Virus record (IMG/VR): IMGVR_UViG_3300037484_000445
Span: 323,863 to 387,862 of that record
Length of the DNA: 64,000 nucleotides
Reading direction: 5' to 3' (one strand)
Origin: a virus
Taxonomy: Duplodnaviria > Heunggongvirae > Uroviricota > Caudoviricetes
Positions 39,156 through 46,805 of this stretch are shown one piece after another. The position numbers were made by a program, and so were the translations under genes. A model generated the notes under the pieces. That model did no database searches. It saw nothing but the letters and a program-made list of their open reading frames with translations, and was not told the origin of the DNA. Positions within the stretch are counted from its first letter, which is position 1. Every line of letters starts with the position of its first letter.

Positions 39156-39347
39156 TTAATGGGGTTCGAAGTCTAGGACTACATGGTCAGACGCCACTTG
39201 ATATCGTAGGCCACGTGGCGGAAGAACCGCGGCTTGATCTCCCTCGAAGCGGGTGTCCGACGTCCTGGGTGACTTGACCAAGATCGCACCAGACGATGCA
39301 AAGATACTTGTTGCCGACATGGATACCCTATTCACGACTACGAACAA
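39156..39347 (-). CDS. Hypothetical protein
   Basis: 63 aa. Confidence 0.45.
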   Translation of the reverse strand: MFVVVNRVSMSATSIFASSGAILVKSPRTSDTRFEGDQAAVLPPRGLRYQVASDHVVLDFEPH

Positions 39348-39370
39348 TCTAGCGTCAAAAGCAAAGTGGA

Positions 39371-39574
39371 TCAGAGATCGGGCTTAGCTTTGGCGGCCCG
39401 CCAAGCATCAACTCTCTTGGCCATCTCTTCGAGAGCTTCTTCTCGTCGAATACTCACCACGGTCGGATTGTAGTTCTCGGAGACATTTGAACAGTCAATG
39501 CGGACAGTACCTTCGTTGACTACTTCGATCTTGAGGCCTATAGCGCAATGAGTTCGATCAATGATGATGTTCAT
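39371..39574 (-). CDS. Hypothetical protein
   Basis: 67 aa. Confidence 0.55.
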   Translation of the reverse strand: MNIIIDRTHCAIGLKIEVVNEGTVRIDCSNVSENYNPTVVSIRREEALEEMAKRVDAWRAAKAKPDL

Positions 39575-40037
39575 AGGCTACAGATACACCAACAATCCCT
39601 CAGGGAGCGACTCAGATCGGTGTATGTTACCCCTCATGGAACCACTGACCATTGAAACCCTACTAAACCAAATACCCTCCAGAATCCGTCTCGGCCGTCA
39701 GCTCATCAAAGAGTACATGTCATCACCCGAGAAGCGAGTGAAGCTGTTCGCTGCCTTGGCTAAATCCGAGATCGAGGAAACAAGCGAAGAGGCTGAACGG
39801 CTCCTCACTGGAATCGCTGACCTCTTGCTCTACAGCGATGGATCAGAGGAGTTCGACAAGGCCTCCCTCAACACGATTATCCAAAAGCTCTCCAAACTCA
39901 TACCCAACCCAAACTTCGGCGATCCTAAGGTCAACGCCTCGATAGATTTGGACCTCAAGGGCCTCGAACGCCTTCGAGAGAGCGCAAATCCACCAGAGAA
40001 GCTGCCTCACGCCGACGGATCGGAGCACCCTTCATGA
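39561..40037 (+). CDS. Hypothetical protein
   Basis: 158 aa; start uncertain. Confidence 0.6.
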   Translation: MMMFIGYRYTNNPSGSDSDRCMLPLMEPLTIETLLNQIPSRIRLGRQLIKEYMSSPEKRVKLFAALAKSEIEETSEEAERLLTGIADLLLYSDGSEEFDKASLNTIIQKLSKLIPNPNFGDPKVNASIDLDLKGLERLRESANPPEKLPHADGSEHPS

Positions 40038-40158
40038 TACAGAGATCCTCCACTACCTCAAGGGCCTCACCTACCGTCATCTTGGTCACCCCCTCCCACG
40101 CTTCCTTAGGGACACGGAAGGATACGGTCACGTAGCCTACTTTTGGTTCTGACATCAC
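39955..40158 (-). CDS. Small hypothetical protein, RHH-like N-terminus
   Basis: VTVSFRVPKEAW. Confidence 0.5.
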   Translation of the reverse strand: MMSEPKVGYVTVSFRVPKEAWEGVTKMTVGEALEVVEDLCIMKGAPIRRREAASLVDLRSLEGVRGP

Positions 40159-40439
40159 TCACCCCTCAAGGACGCAGCCACCCTAGCCCGTGCTTCTTCG
40201 CTGATCTCCAGCTCAACCTCCGTCACCTCGAGTTCAGGGTACGACCAGTCCACATGGTTCTGGAGGAGTACCATCAACCGAGCTCGTGCCTCCTCAGGAG
40301 TGTCACCGCACGCCCAAATAGACTTCTCCTCACTCCAAGGGAAAGGACGGCAAACGGCCGTGTAAGGACCAGCAAGCTGGTCCTTGAAAAGCTTGTCTAC
40401 CGCCGCCGACCGCCGGTACGTAGCTATCTGGAATTTCAT
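40155..40439 (-). CDS. HicB-like protein
   Basis: YTAVCRPF...IWACGDTPEEARARL; GGTGTA 13 nt upstream. Confidence 0.65.
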   Translation of the reverse strand: MKFQIATYRRSAAVDKLFKDQLAGPYTAVCRPFPWSEEKSIWACGDTPEEARARLMVLLQNHVDWSYPELEVTEVELEISEEARARVAASLRGE

Positions 40440-40504
40440 GGCTCCAAGAAGATACACCGAAGACGCCCCTTAACCCTCGCCTCACCAGGCTCGTAATACC
40501 CTTC

Positions 40505-40678
40505 ATGCCATCGGCCGCTCAGTACTTCGCCATCATGTCCCAATACGAACGTTGGTGCGTCTATATGGGCGGAACGGCTTTCACTACATACGAAGACAAC
40601 GGCGAGCAATTCTGTCGAGACCTGAACGAGCTCTGCCGCTCCTGGCATGACCAAGGTTGCCCCGAAAGTGCCCCATGA
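40505..40678 (+). CDS. Small protein (57 aa, not in ORF track)
   Basis: Class I promoter TTAACC(40470)-N18-TAATAC-N5-ATG. Confidence 0.6.
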   Translation: MPSAAQYFAIMSQYERWCVYMGGTAFTTYEDNGEQFCRDLNELCRSWHDQGCPESAP

Positions 40679-41034
40679 AGCTACGTGATCTCCGCCCAGA
40701 CGAAGTGATCTTCACCGTGAATATCACGAACGATTTGGACACCCCCGTCAAAAATACCGTCCACGCCAATGGAGAGTACCTGTCCGTGGACACCATACTC
40801 GAGAGAGTTAGGTCGGGGGACCGATATGCCTGGTTCACAGCTACCGTCACCGCCTCATGGAAGAGCTTGATCGCTCCAGATTGGAAGTGGGGTCTCTCCT
40901 TCGAGAACGGTCAAGCTTTCCTCGCCAGCGATACCTACGAAGGCATGAAGACCAGAGCACTCGAACGCCTGCAGTACGTTCTAGAGGAGAAGTTCAAGAC
41001 CGTCGCCCCGCTCATCGAGAAGGATGCCGGTTGA
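40675..41034 (+). CDS. Hypothetical protein
   Basis: ATGA overlap. Confidence 0.7.
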   Translation: MKLRDLRPDEVIFTVNITNDLDTPVKNTVHANGEYLSVDTILERVRSGDRYAWFTATVTASWKSLIAPDWKWGLSFENGQAFLASDTYEGMKTRALERLQYVLEEKFKTVAPLIEKDAG

Positions 41035-41108
41035 AGGCGGCTAAACGCCCCGCTAAGCCCCGTTCTCACCGGGTCCGTCACACCTGAGTCTAGGAGAGAA
41101 GCCTACGC

Positions 41109-41525
41109 TCAAAATGGCATTTGACCTACTTGCTCGGAGAGTTTTTGCATCTTGATGGCTCCGTAGAGAGCTCCAAATAGAGACTCGGAAATAGTAGGAC
41201 CTCCTCCCACCACAACATTCTGTCCCCCAACAATCTGTAAGGTTGGAGAGGCGTCCTCCGATGCTGTAGTATTCGGAATCAGAGTGCCAAGCGCCCCCTG
41301 ATTAACTTCCCCTAATTGATAGTAGATCGTCCGTTGACGCAAAACAAGCTCAAATCCTAAGTCCAAGTCCTTAGATATCTCATTTATGGCTGGAATTACG
41401 TGATTCCGCAGATCACGTAAGTACATATCATCGAGGATTTTCTCCTTGTGTGTACGTGTTTCTCGTCTTGTTTGCATCTCGTTTCTATCACGTGTCAGGC
41501 GTAGCTTGAGTTCGTCTTTGTTCAT
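41109..41525 (-). CDS. Hypothetical protein
   Basis: 138 aa. Confidence 0.65.
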   Translation of the reverse strand: MNKDELKLRLTRDRNEMQTRRETRTHKEKILDDMYLRDLRNHVIPAINEISKDLDLGFELVLRQRTIYYQLGEVNQGALGTLIPNTTASEDASPTLQIVGGQNVVVGGGPTISESLFGALYGAIKMQKLSEQVGQMPF

Positions 41526-41559
41526 GGCCTAAACCTCTCCAACTTATACACCGAAAGGG

Positions 41560-41808
41560 GTGCCGCCCTACAACTTGAGAGTGAACTTCTTGGCCATGAC
41601 GGTCTCTTTAGACGTCCGTCACGACGTCGAAAACCTTGAGCGGTATGTAGGCTATGACCTGCCCGTTAGAGTTGACCATCGCTTTGAGCGGACCCAGGTT
41701 CGTCTCCGCATGCTGGAACTTCCAACCCCTATTGAACCCCACAGATTCACTGAGAACCCGGATTACTTCCCTGACCTGAAGATCATCGGGATTAAGACCC
41801 TTAGGTGA
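41560..41808 (+). CDS. Hypothetical protein
   Basis: 82 aa; conflicts with a 200-nt antisense overlap. Confidence 0.4.
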   Translation: MPPYNLRVNFLAMTVSLDVRHDVENLERYVGYDLPVRVDHRFERTQVRLRMLELPTPIEPHRFTENPDYFPDLKIIGIKTLR

Positions 41809-42030
41809 TACCTTGGGTGGCACCTCGTCCTTGAGCCGATCAGCTACGTCCTGGGCATAATCAGCTAACCATCCGTTGGTGTACGTCACCTCAGACACTT
41901 GTGAGTCCTGGACTAGCTCTTCGACACTGCCAGCCGGTAAGTGATCCCTCAAAAGCCCATAGAGGAAGCTCACAAGCTTGCTGCTATACGTCACGTTCCC
42001 ACTGCGGTTCTTCAAGGCTTCTTGAGTCAT
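41608..42030 (-). CDS. Phage hypothetical protein
   Basis: SSKLVSFLYGLLRDHLP...NGWLADYA; GGTGTA upstream. Confidence 0.65.
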   Translation of the reverse strand: MTQEALKNRSGNVTYSSKLVSFLYGLLRDHLPAGSVEELVQDSQVSEVTYTNGWLADYAQDVADRLKDEVPPKVSPKGLNPDDLQVREVIRVLSESVGFNRGWKFQHAETNLGPLKAMVNSNGQVIAYIPLKVFDVVTDV

Positions 42031-42071
42031 GTCAAGGGGTATACACCAAGAACCGGTGTATCTAGAACGCT

Positions 42072-42509
42072 ATGAACACCACGGACGGCCAGAAAACAAA
42101 CTTGATAGCTTACCTGAAAGCCGAAAAGGTACGCGTTGTCGAAGAACGTAAGGCCAACCTCGAACTACGAGAAAAGGCAGACCTAGCTTACAATGAAGCT
42201 AAAGTAGCGCTTAGTGTAAGTATGTTCGAGATGACAATGGCAATGAAGGATGCAGGGATCCCTTGGGAGTTGGTGTGGTCGGGGGAGGGCACTATACTCC
42301 TTAGGAACACCAACATTTTGACGATTACGGCTTCCAGAGTAGTAGGGGACCTCGTGAAGAGCTGGGACTTCAATTACTTTGGCGTGTACTTCAAGGATTG
42401 CCTGAACAGTGAGTGGCCCGTTTTGACCAGCTTCTTCGAAGGTAAGACATTGACCCCCGAAAAGTGTCTGCTCCAAGCTCTCAAACCCGTCTTCAATGAC
42501 GTGCTCTAA
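42072..42509 (+). CDS. Hypothetical protein
   Basis: GGTGTA 11 nt upstream. Confidence 0.75.
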   Translation: MNTTDGQKTNLIAYLKAEKVRVVEERKANLELREKADLAYNEAKVALSVSMFEMTMAMKDAGIPWELVWSGEGTILLRNTNILTITASRVVGDLVKSWDFNYFGVYFKDCLNSEWPVLTSFFEGKTLTPEKCLLQALKPVFNDVL

Positions 42510-42942
42510 CCCTATGAACAAAGTGATCTGGGTCAAACATTGTGAACCAGGAAATCCAGCCTACAATAAGAACGAAGGAGACCCTTTCATCGTCATTGGA
42601 AACGAAGGAGAGAATATCTTGTTGGTCACAAGGTCGACAAAGCTGTTCATTCCTATCTTCGAGCTCTTCTCAACGAAAAGCCTCGAAGACGTCTCCAAAA
42701 AGGTCCTGGACCGTATGGAAGCACTAGCCAAAGAATGCCTAACCCTGTGGGGTAGCGACGGAACCATCTTCGGAGTGTTTAGAAACTCGTCTCGAATCCA
42801 AGACGAGAACGATGCTAACCATGTCGTATACGTACTTAGAGTAGGACTAGCCTGCACTACCCTCGAATTCACCCTACCAGAACCACACTTGACCCCAGAA
42901 GAGTGTGTTAAGTTGGGTCTCCCGTCCGGTATTCCCAAGTAA
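42496..42942 (+). CDS. Hypothetical protein
   Basis: 148 aa. Confidence 0.7.
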   Translation: MTCSNPMNKVIWVKHCEPGNPAYNKNEGDPFIVIGNEGENILLVTRSTKLFIPIFELFSTKSLEDVSKKVLDRMEALAKECLTLWGSDGTIFGVFRNSSRIQDENDANHVVYVLRVGLACTTLEFTLPEPHLTPEECVKLGLPSGIPK

Positions 42943-43219
42943 GAAAGGCTTGGGGTGAAGGCCCTACCTCGGATCGCTCCTCGGGCGTTATGCAATAGGT
43001 GACGTCACTCTTCGTCTAAAGCCTTCTTCCCCAACCTTCGGGATAGATGGACCGTAGCCCTCTTGACTCCAGAACGTGCCTTGGCAGCCCCGTGAATGCC
43101 CCGACAGTTGTCGTGATGCCTCATCGCCTCCGAGGATAGAAGCCCGTTGCTCATGCTCGTAGTACCCGCACGATGAACATGCTGACCCGACAAGCTCCTA
43201 CAATCGTCCTTTCTCGAGG

Positions 43220-43414
43220 TCATCGCTTCCTGCCCATGAGCCTACTCACCACACCACGGCCGCCAACTGTCGTGTGATTCACCGTGAGATCCCGAGCTAC
43301 GCCTATCTCTGGTGCCCAACGCTCTCCCCCAAAGGTTGGAACCTCCGGATGCCACCCTTCATCAAAGGTGATGGGCGATGACAAAACTACTGCCTCACGC
43401 TTCTCGTCAGCCAT
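43220..43414 (-). CDS. Hypothetical protein
   Basis: 64 aa. Confidence 0.5.
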   Translation of the reverse strand: MADEKREAVVLSSPITFDEGWHPEVPTFGGERWAPEIGVARDLTVNHTTVGGRGVVSRLMGRKR

Positions 43415-43419
43415 GTAAC

Positions 43420-43665
43420 CTACGAACCTTTGATCTCCTCAACGGATACCGGCGAACCCAATAGGGTTTCACCGCCTATCACAAACCGCTTGTCGGCAAA
43501 TAGATTGGACGCCGCCTCGTAGGCTATGTCGTTAACACTCTCGCCCTGGTTGACCTCAACCTCAAGAACGACCTGTGCCTTGCTCCCAACACGCTTACCT
43601 GAAAAGGCTAGGAATATATTGTAGGTGACTCGGTACCTCATAGGCATGTGATTATTCTCGATCAC
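43420..43665 (-). CDS. Hypothetical protein coupled to iscB
   Basis: GTG start overlaps the iscB TGA. Confidence 0.65.
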   Translation of the reverse strand: MIENNHMPMRYRVTYNIFLAFSGKRVGSKAQVVLEVEVNQGESVNDIAYEAASNLFADKRFVIGGETLLGSPVSVEEIKGS

Positions 43666-45089
43666 AAGTGGACTTCGTACCCACTAGTTCGCTCAACCAA
43701 GGTGAGCTTTCGAAACGTAATGTTGCGATCCTTGTCGGACCCAAAAACCCGGACTTGCATAGAACCCGAGGCCCTAGCCCCAACGACCCTAGCTAGAACA
43801 CCATCGGGAAGTCGAACAATGTCTCCCGTAGAGAAACCATGAGGCCGTTTGCCTAGCTCACCCCTCGACTTCTCAAGCTCACCCTTGGGATAGACTATCT
43901 CGGGCTTTCGTTGCCCTAAGCGTCCAGGGTCACGATAAAACATATGGCGTTTTCTCGGATGGCCTGGGCCAAGTTTGGCCTTAGGGAACCCGTAAGCATC
44001 GGTTTTCACCAGCTTGTGACTGCCACGCCCAATGCTCTTGATGAACAAGATCGGAATGTTCCAATACCGAATACGATCAACCTCACCCACGCAAAGGGCA
44101 TCATAGGCATGACCCTTAGGCACTCCTAGTCGCGTTCGATTCCACTTCGTTCTACCTCCGGTGCCTACAGCAACTTCAACTCCAAAGGTCTTCAGGAGAT
44201 CCCTCAAAGCCCAACGAGTCGAGTTCACAGCAGCGGCGTCCTTCAATGGAGCCTTCATCTGTGCCTTAATTCGGGCTAGGACTTTTGGCTTACCCTTGAG
44301 GAACTCCTCCAAAGGTCGATTGCTCTTCCTCAGATTACAGGGCCTGCAGGCTGTACATAAGTTGCTTACACGATCGCTGCCACCGCGGGACCTAGCCTCG
44401 ATGTGATCTAGCTCCAGAGGTACATCCTTGGCTTCACAATAGGCACACTTGTGTCCCCATTTTAGCAAGACATACTCACGCACTTCATAGCCGAACAAAG
44501 TGCCCTGTTGATACTCAACGCCTTGGATTTCAGCGTTCTCCAACTTTTGAAGGTCGAAGCGTACAAGCTCTTGCACTATGCGTGTAACAGGCACCAACTT
44601 ACTGAGACGTCTAACCCACGTCACGACGTTCTCGAGACGATTCCGAATGCTCGGTGCAAGCCAACCTTCTGGTTTGGCCCTGTGCTTGAACCTTCCACCA
44701 GGGCACTTCTCACGCTGCTTTTGATTACTAGATAGGTTCAACGGCGTCTTTCGCCGAAGACCTCCACAACGGTATCTCAAGTTGGCCGAACGGCGACGTC
44801 GGCGACACGCCGAGCGACTTTTCAGGTTGTCCCTTACCCTAGAACCCTTGTGCTCGATTTCAGCCAGGTATACGGGACGATCGTTGGCGACAACAGCCAC
44901 ACCCGTGTACTTCGATCCCGGATCCAATTTCAAGTCAAGCGGCTGCGTATGCTCTGATGTGAGCTTCTTGAGACGTATCGTGAAAGGCATACGCTTGACT
45001 ACTACGGCTTCACCACTCCGTAGAAGCTTGCGTGCCTTCTGGGGCTTGGCCGGCATCAAAGGCCTGCCTTTATAGTCTAAGCAAAACAC
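43662..45089 (-). CDS. iscB: IscB RNA-guided endonuclease (OMEGA family), CRISPR-associated
   Basis: PLMP domain (VFCLDYKGRPLMP), RuvC-I LKLDPGSKYTG, Arg-rich bridge helix RRRRRSANLRYR, GWLAPS, RuvC-II IVQELVRFD, HNH CAYC...LDHIEARSRGG...N...CN, RuvC-III GHAYDA, C-terminal GFSTGDIV. Canonical start would be GTG at 45089; an alternative in-frame ATG lies at 45470. Confidence 0.97.
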   Translation of the reverse strand: MFCLDYKGRPLMPAKPQKARKLLRSGEAVVVKRMPFTIRLKKLTSEHTQPLDLKLDPGSKYTGVAVVANDRPVYLAEIEHKGSRVRDNLKSRSACRRRRRSANLRYRCGGLRRKTPLNLSSNQKQREKCPGGRFKHRAKPEGWLAPSIRNRLENVVTWVRRLSKLVPVTRIVQELVRFDLQKLENAEIQGVEYQQGTLFGYEVREYVLLKWGHKCAYCEAKDVPLELDHIEARSRGGSDRVSNLCTACRPCNLRKSNRPLEEFLKGKPKVLARIKAQMKAPLKDAAAVNSTRWALRDLLKTFGVEVAVGTGGRTKWNRTRLGVPKGHAYDALCVGEVDRIRYWNIPILFIKSIGRGSHKLVKTDAYGFPKAKLGPGHPRKRHMFYRDPGRLGQRKPEIVYPKGELEKSRGELGKRPHGFSTGDIVRLPDGVLARVVGARASGSMQVRVFGSDKDRNITFRKLTLVERTSGYEVHL

Positions 45090-45096
45090 CCGGTGA

Positions 45097-45470
45097 GGGT
45101 GCCGTGGAGTTTCCTCTACGGCACCCTTCGGGTTTCCCCTGAGATTATCAGGGCAGCCTTGCGGCTGTGACGACGTATCAGGTAGCTGCCCAGTTACGTC
45201 ACCTCTAGGAATTGTATCAGAATGACCTTCAGGACTTGCGTCCGTCTGCTCCGCCCCGTTTCGGGATTGTTGTCTGCTGACAGAGCTTCGAGAGCCCGGA
45301 ACTGAGGAAGCATTCCGGGGTCTTATTGATATCGTTTCTGAGCACGCTTCACGTGGGGACTTGCTCGTACCACGTGATATCCTTGGACACCCTGTTAACG
45401 GATTTTTAGGTCCGTCTGAACCGAATCCTTTAGCTCTTCTCACCTCTCGCAAAGGCGTGTCCGTCTTCAT
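45097..45470 (-). ncRNA. omegaRNA-like scaffold with 5' anti-repeat (tracr-omega RNA)
   Basis: HEARO/omega-type motif CCCCGGAATGCTTCCTCAGTTCCGGGCTCT (45320-45291), CAATTCCTAGAGG, several hairpins (TCACGTGG/CCACGTGA, CAGCC-GCAA-GGCTG, GGGTGCCGT/ACGGCACCC), directly upstream of iscB. Ends are approximate. Confidence 0.85.
45417..45443 (-). ncRNA. Anti-repeat (tracrRNA-like)
   Basis: GTGAGAAGAGCTAAAGGATTCGGTTCA pairs with 27 nt of the minus-strand repeat (one G:U against the consensus). Confidence 0.92.
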
Positions 45471-45482
45471 CTGCAGTCCTTC

Positions 45483-45488
45483 TACACC
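45483..45488 (-). promoter_or_regulatory. Class II motif for the tracr-omega/iscB transcript
   Basis: GGTGTA 12 nt before the in-frame ATG at 45470. Confidence 0.6.
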
Positions 45489-45595
45489 GATCGTGACGTC
45501 ATCCGACAAACTATTTTCAGGTTCGAGAGTTTTATCGAGACCCCCTCGCAAACCTGATTGAATACCGTTGGAATCATTGGGGTCCTGAAGGGAGG

Positions 45596-46271
45596 GTGAG
45601 AAGAGCTAAAGGACTCGGTTCATAAGGTGACGCCGTCCTAATCGAGTTACTCACCAGGGACAAGGCGTGAGAAGAGCTAAAGGACTCGGTTCATAAGGTG
45701 ACACTCGTCCTCGTCGAGACCCCAGTCCTCCTCCTCGTTGTGAGAAGAGCTAAAGGACTCGGTTCATAAGGTGACTGGCCGTTCCGTTGTGATAGATCCA
45801 TTGGTAGATAGGTGAGAAGAGCTAAAGGACTCGGTTCATAAGGTGACTACTCAGTCTCAGTCTGACCCTTGAGGATGGCAGTAGGTGAGGAGAGCTAAAG
45901 GATTCGGTTCATAAGGTGACGGGGCACGACCTATAGCGTGTACTGGTAGGGGTGTGAGGGGAGCTAAAGGACTCGGTTCATAAGGTGACTCGTGCTTCGT
46001 GATCTCCCCGATTGGCGAAGAAGGGTGAGAAGAGCTAAAGGATTCGGTTCATAGGATGACGACCAACCAACGCTGTCATGGCTATCGTGTTGGCAGTGAG
46101 AAGAGCTAAAGGGTCCGGTTCATAAGATGACTGCTCAGTGTCACCACTGTTCTGGCAAGTTTGAGGTGAGAAAAGCTAAAGGATTCGGTTCATAAGGTGA
46201 CGAGTCTCCGACCACTGCGGTTCCAGCTCTTGTAGGTGAGAAGAGCTAAAGGACTCGATTCGTAAGGTGAC
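45596..46271 (-). CRISPR. CRISPR array, 10 repeats / 9 spacers
   Basis: 36-nt repeats start at 45596, 45667, 45740, 45812, 45885, 45954, 46025, 46096, 46166 and 46236; minus-strand consensus GTCACCTTATGAACCGAGTCCTTTAGCTCTTCTCAC; unique spacers of 33-37 nt. Strand inferred from the anti-repeat and promoter. Confidence 0.98.
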
Positions 46272-46300
46272 TGGGTACTGCAACATCTGATGGACTCGAC

Positions 46301-46789
46301 TCATAGGGTGGCCGGGCGAGAGAGCTCAGCCAACTTCCTATACACCGAGAGGTCACCGAAATACCTCGGAGGATACCCGCCCTCCAAAGTACTCCCCACC
46401 AAACCCCGCTCAATCAACCGCCTAAGCGCTTCCTTTACCTCGGCTTCCCGTTGCCCCCTCTCCAGGTCCTCGGCCGCGAATTGGGCCTCTATGGCCTCGC
46501 AATAGCCCTTGTCCTCGTAGTTGTCGTTAGGCGGTTGAATCCGCTCCAAGTACACCCGGTTCGTCCCGTACCAGTCCTCAGCCAAACCCTCCTCCCCCAC
46601 AGGACTCACCAGAACCTGGCCCAATACCCACCGGTCTACCTCGTCAGCAAGTATCCCACGGTCCTTCACCTCTGCCGCCATCACTTCGCCCAACACCCTG
46701 CGGACGTAGCCGATCTCTACGTCCGGACACATCGAATGAGGATTCTCAACCTTGCTCCAAATCAGCTTCAAAATGTCAGGTACTTGCAT
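46301..46789 (-). CDS. Hypothetical protein, possible C-terminal winged helix
   Basis: 162 aa; EVKEALRRLIERGLV. Confidence 0.7.
   Translation of the reverse strand: MQVPDILKLIWSKVENPHSMCPDVEIGYVRRVLGEVMAAEVKDRGILADEVDRWVLGQVLVSPVGEEGLAEDWYGTNRVYLERIQPPNDNYEDKGYCEAIEAQFAAEDLERGQREAEVKEALRRLIERGLVGSTLEGGYPPRYFGDLSVYRKLAELSRPATL
46341..46346 (-). promoter_or_regulatory. Class II motif upstream of the array
   Basis: TCGGTGTATA about 70 nt before the first minus-strand repeat, inside the upstream ORF's 3' end. Confidence 0.55.
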
Positions 46790-46805
46790 GACACACCGAG
46801 ACCTT

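Noticed and set aside
45090-45551. N-terminal 154 aa of the 629-aa ORF as an ordinary protein domain
   Set aside because: It is low-complexity, S/R/P/G-rich and coincides with the omega scaffold and anti-repeat. The TTG at 45551 has no support. Translation from ATG 45470 is kept only as a hypothesis.
43662-45595. Active IS200/IS605 element
   Set aside because: No tnpA, no recognisable end hairpins, single copy, and the stop codon overlaps the next gene.
45632-46235. Self-targeting spacers within the window
   Set aside because: By eye only 9-10-nt matches were found (e.g. TGGTAGGGGT near 53597, TCAGACTGAG near 30718), as expected by chance. An exhaustive alignment was not possible.
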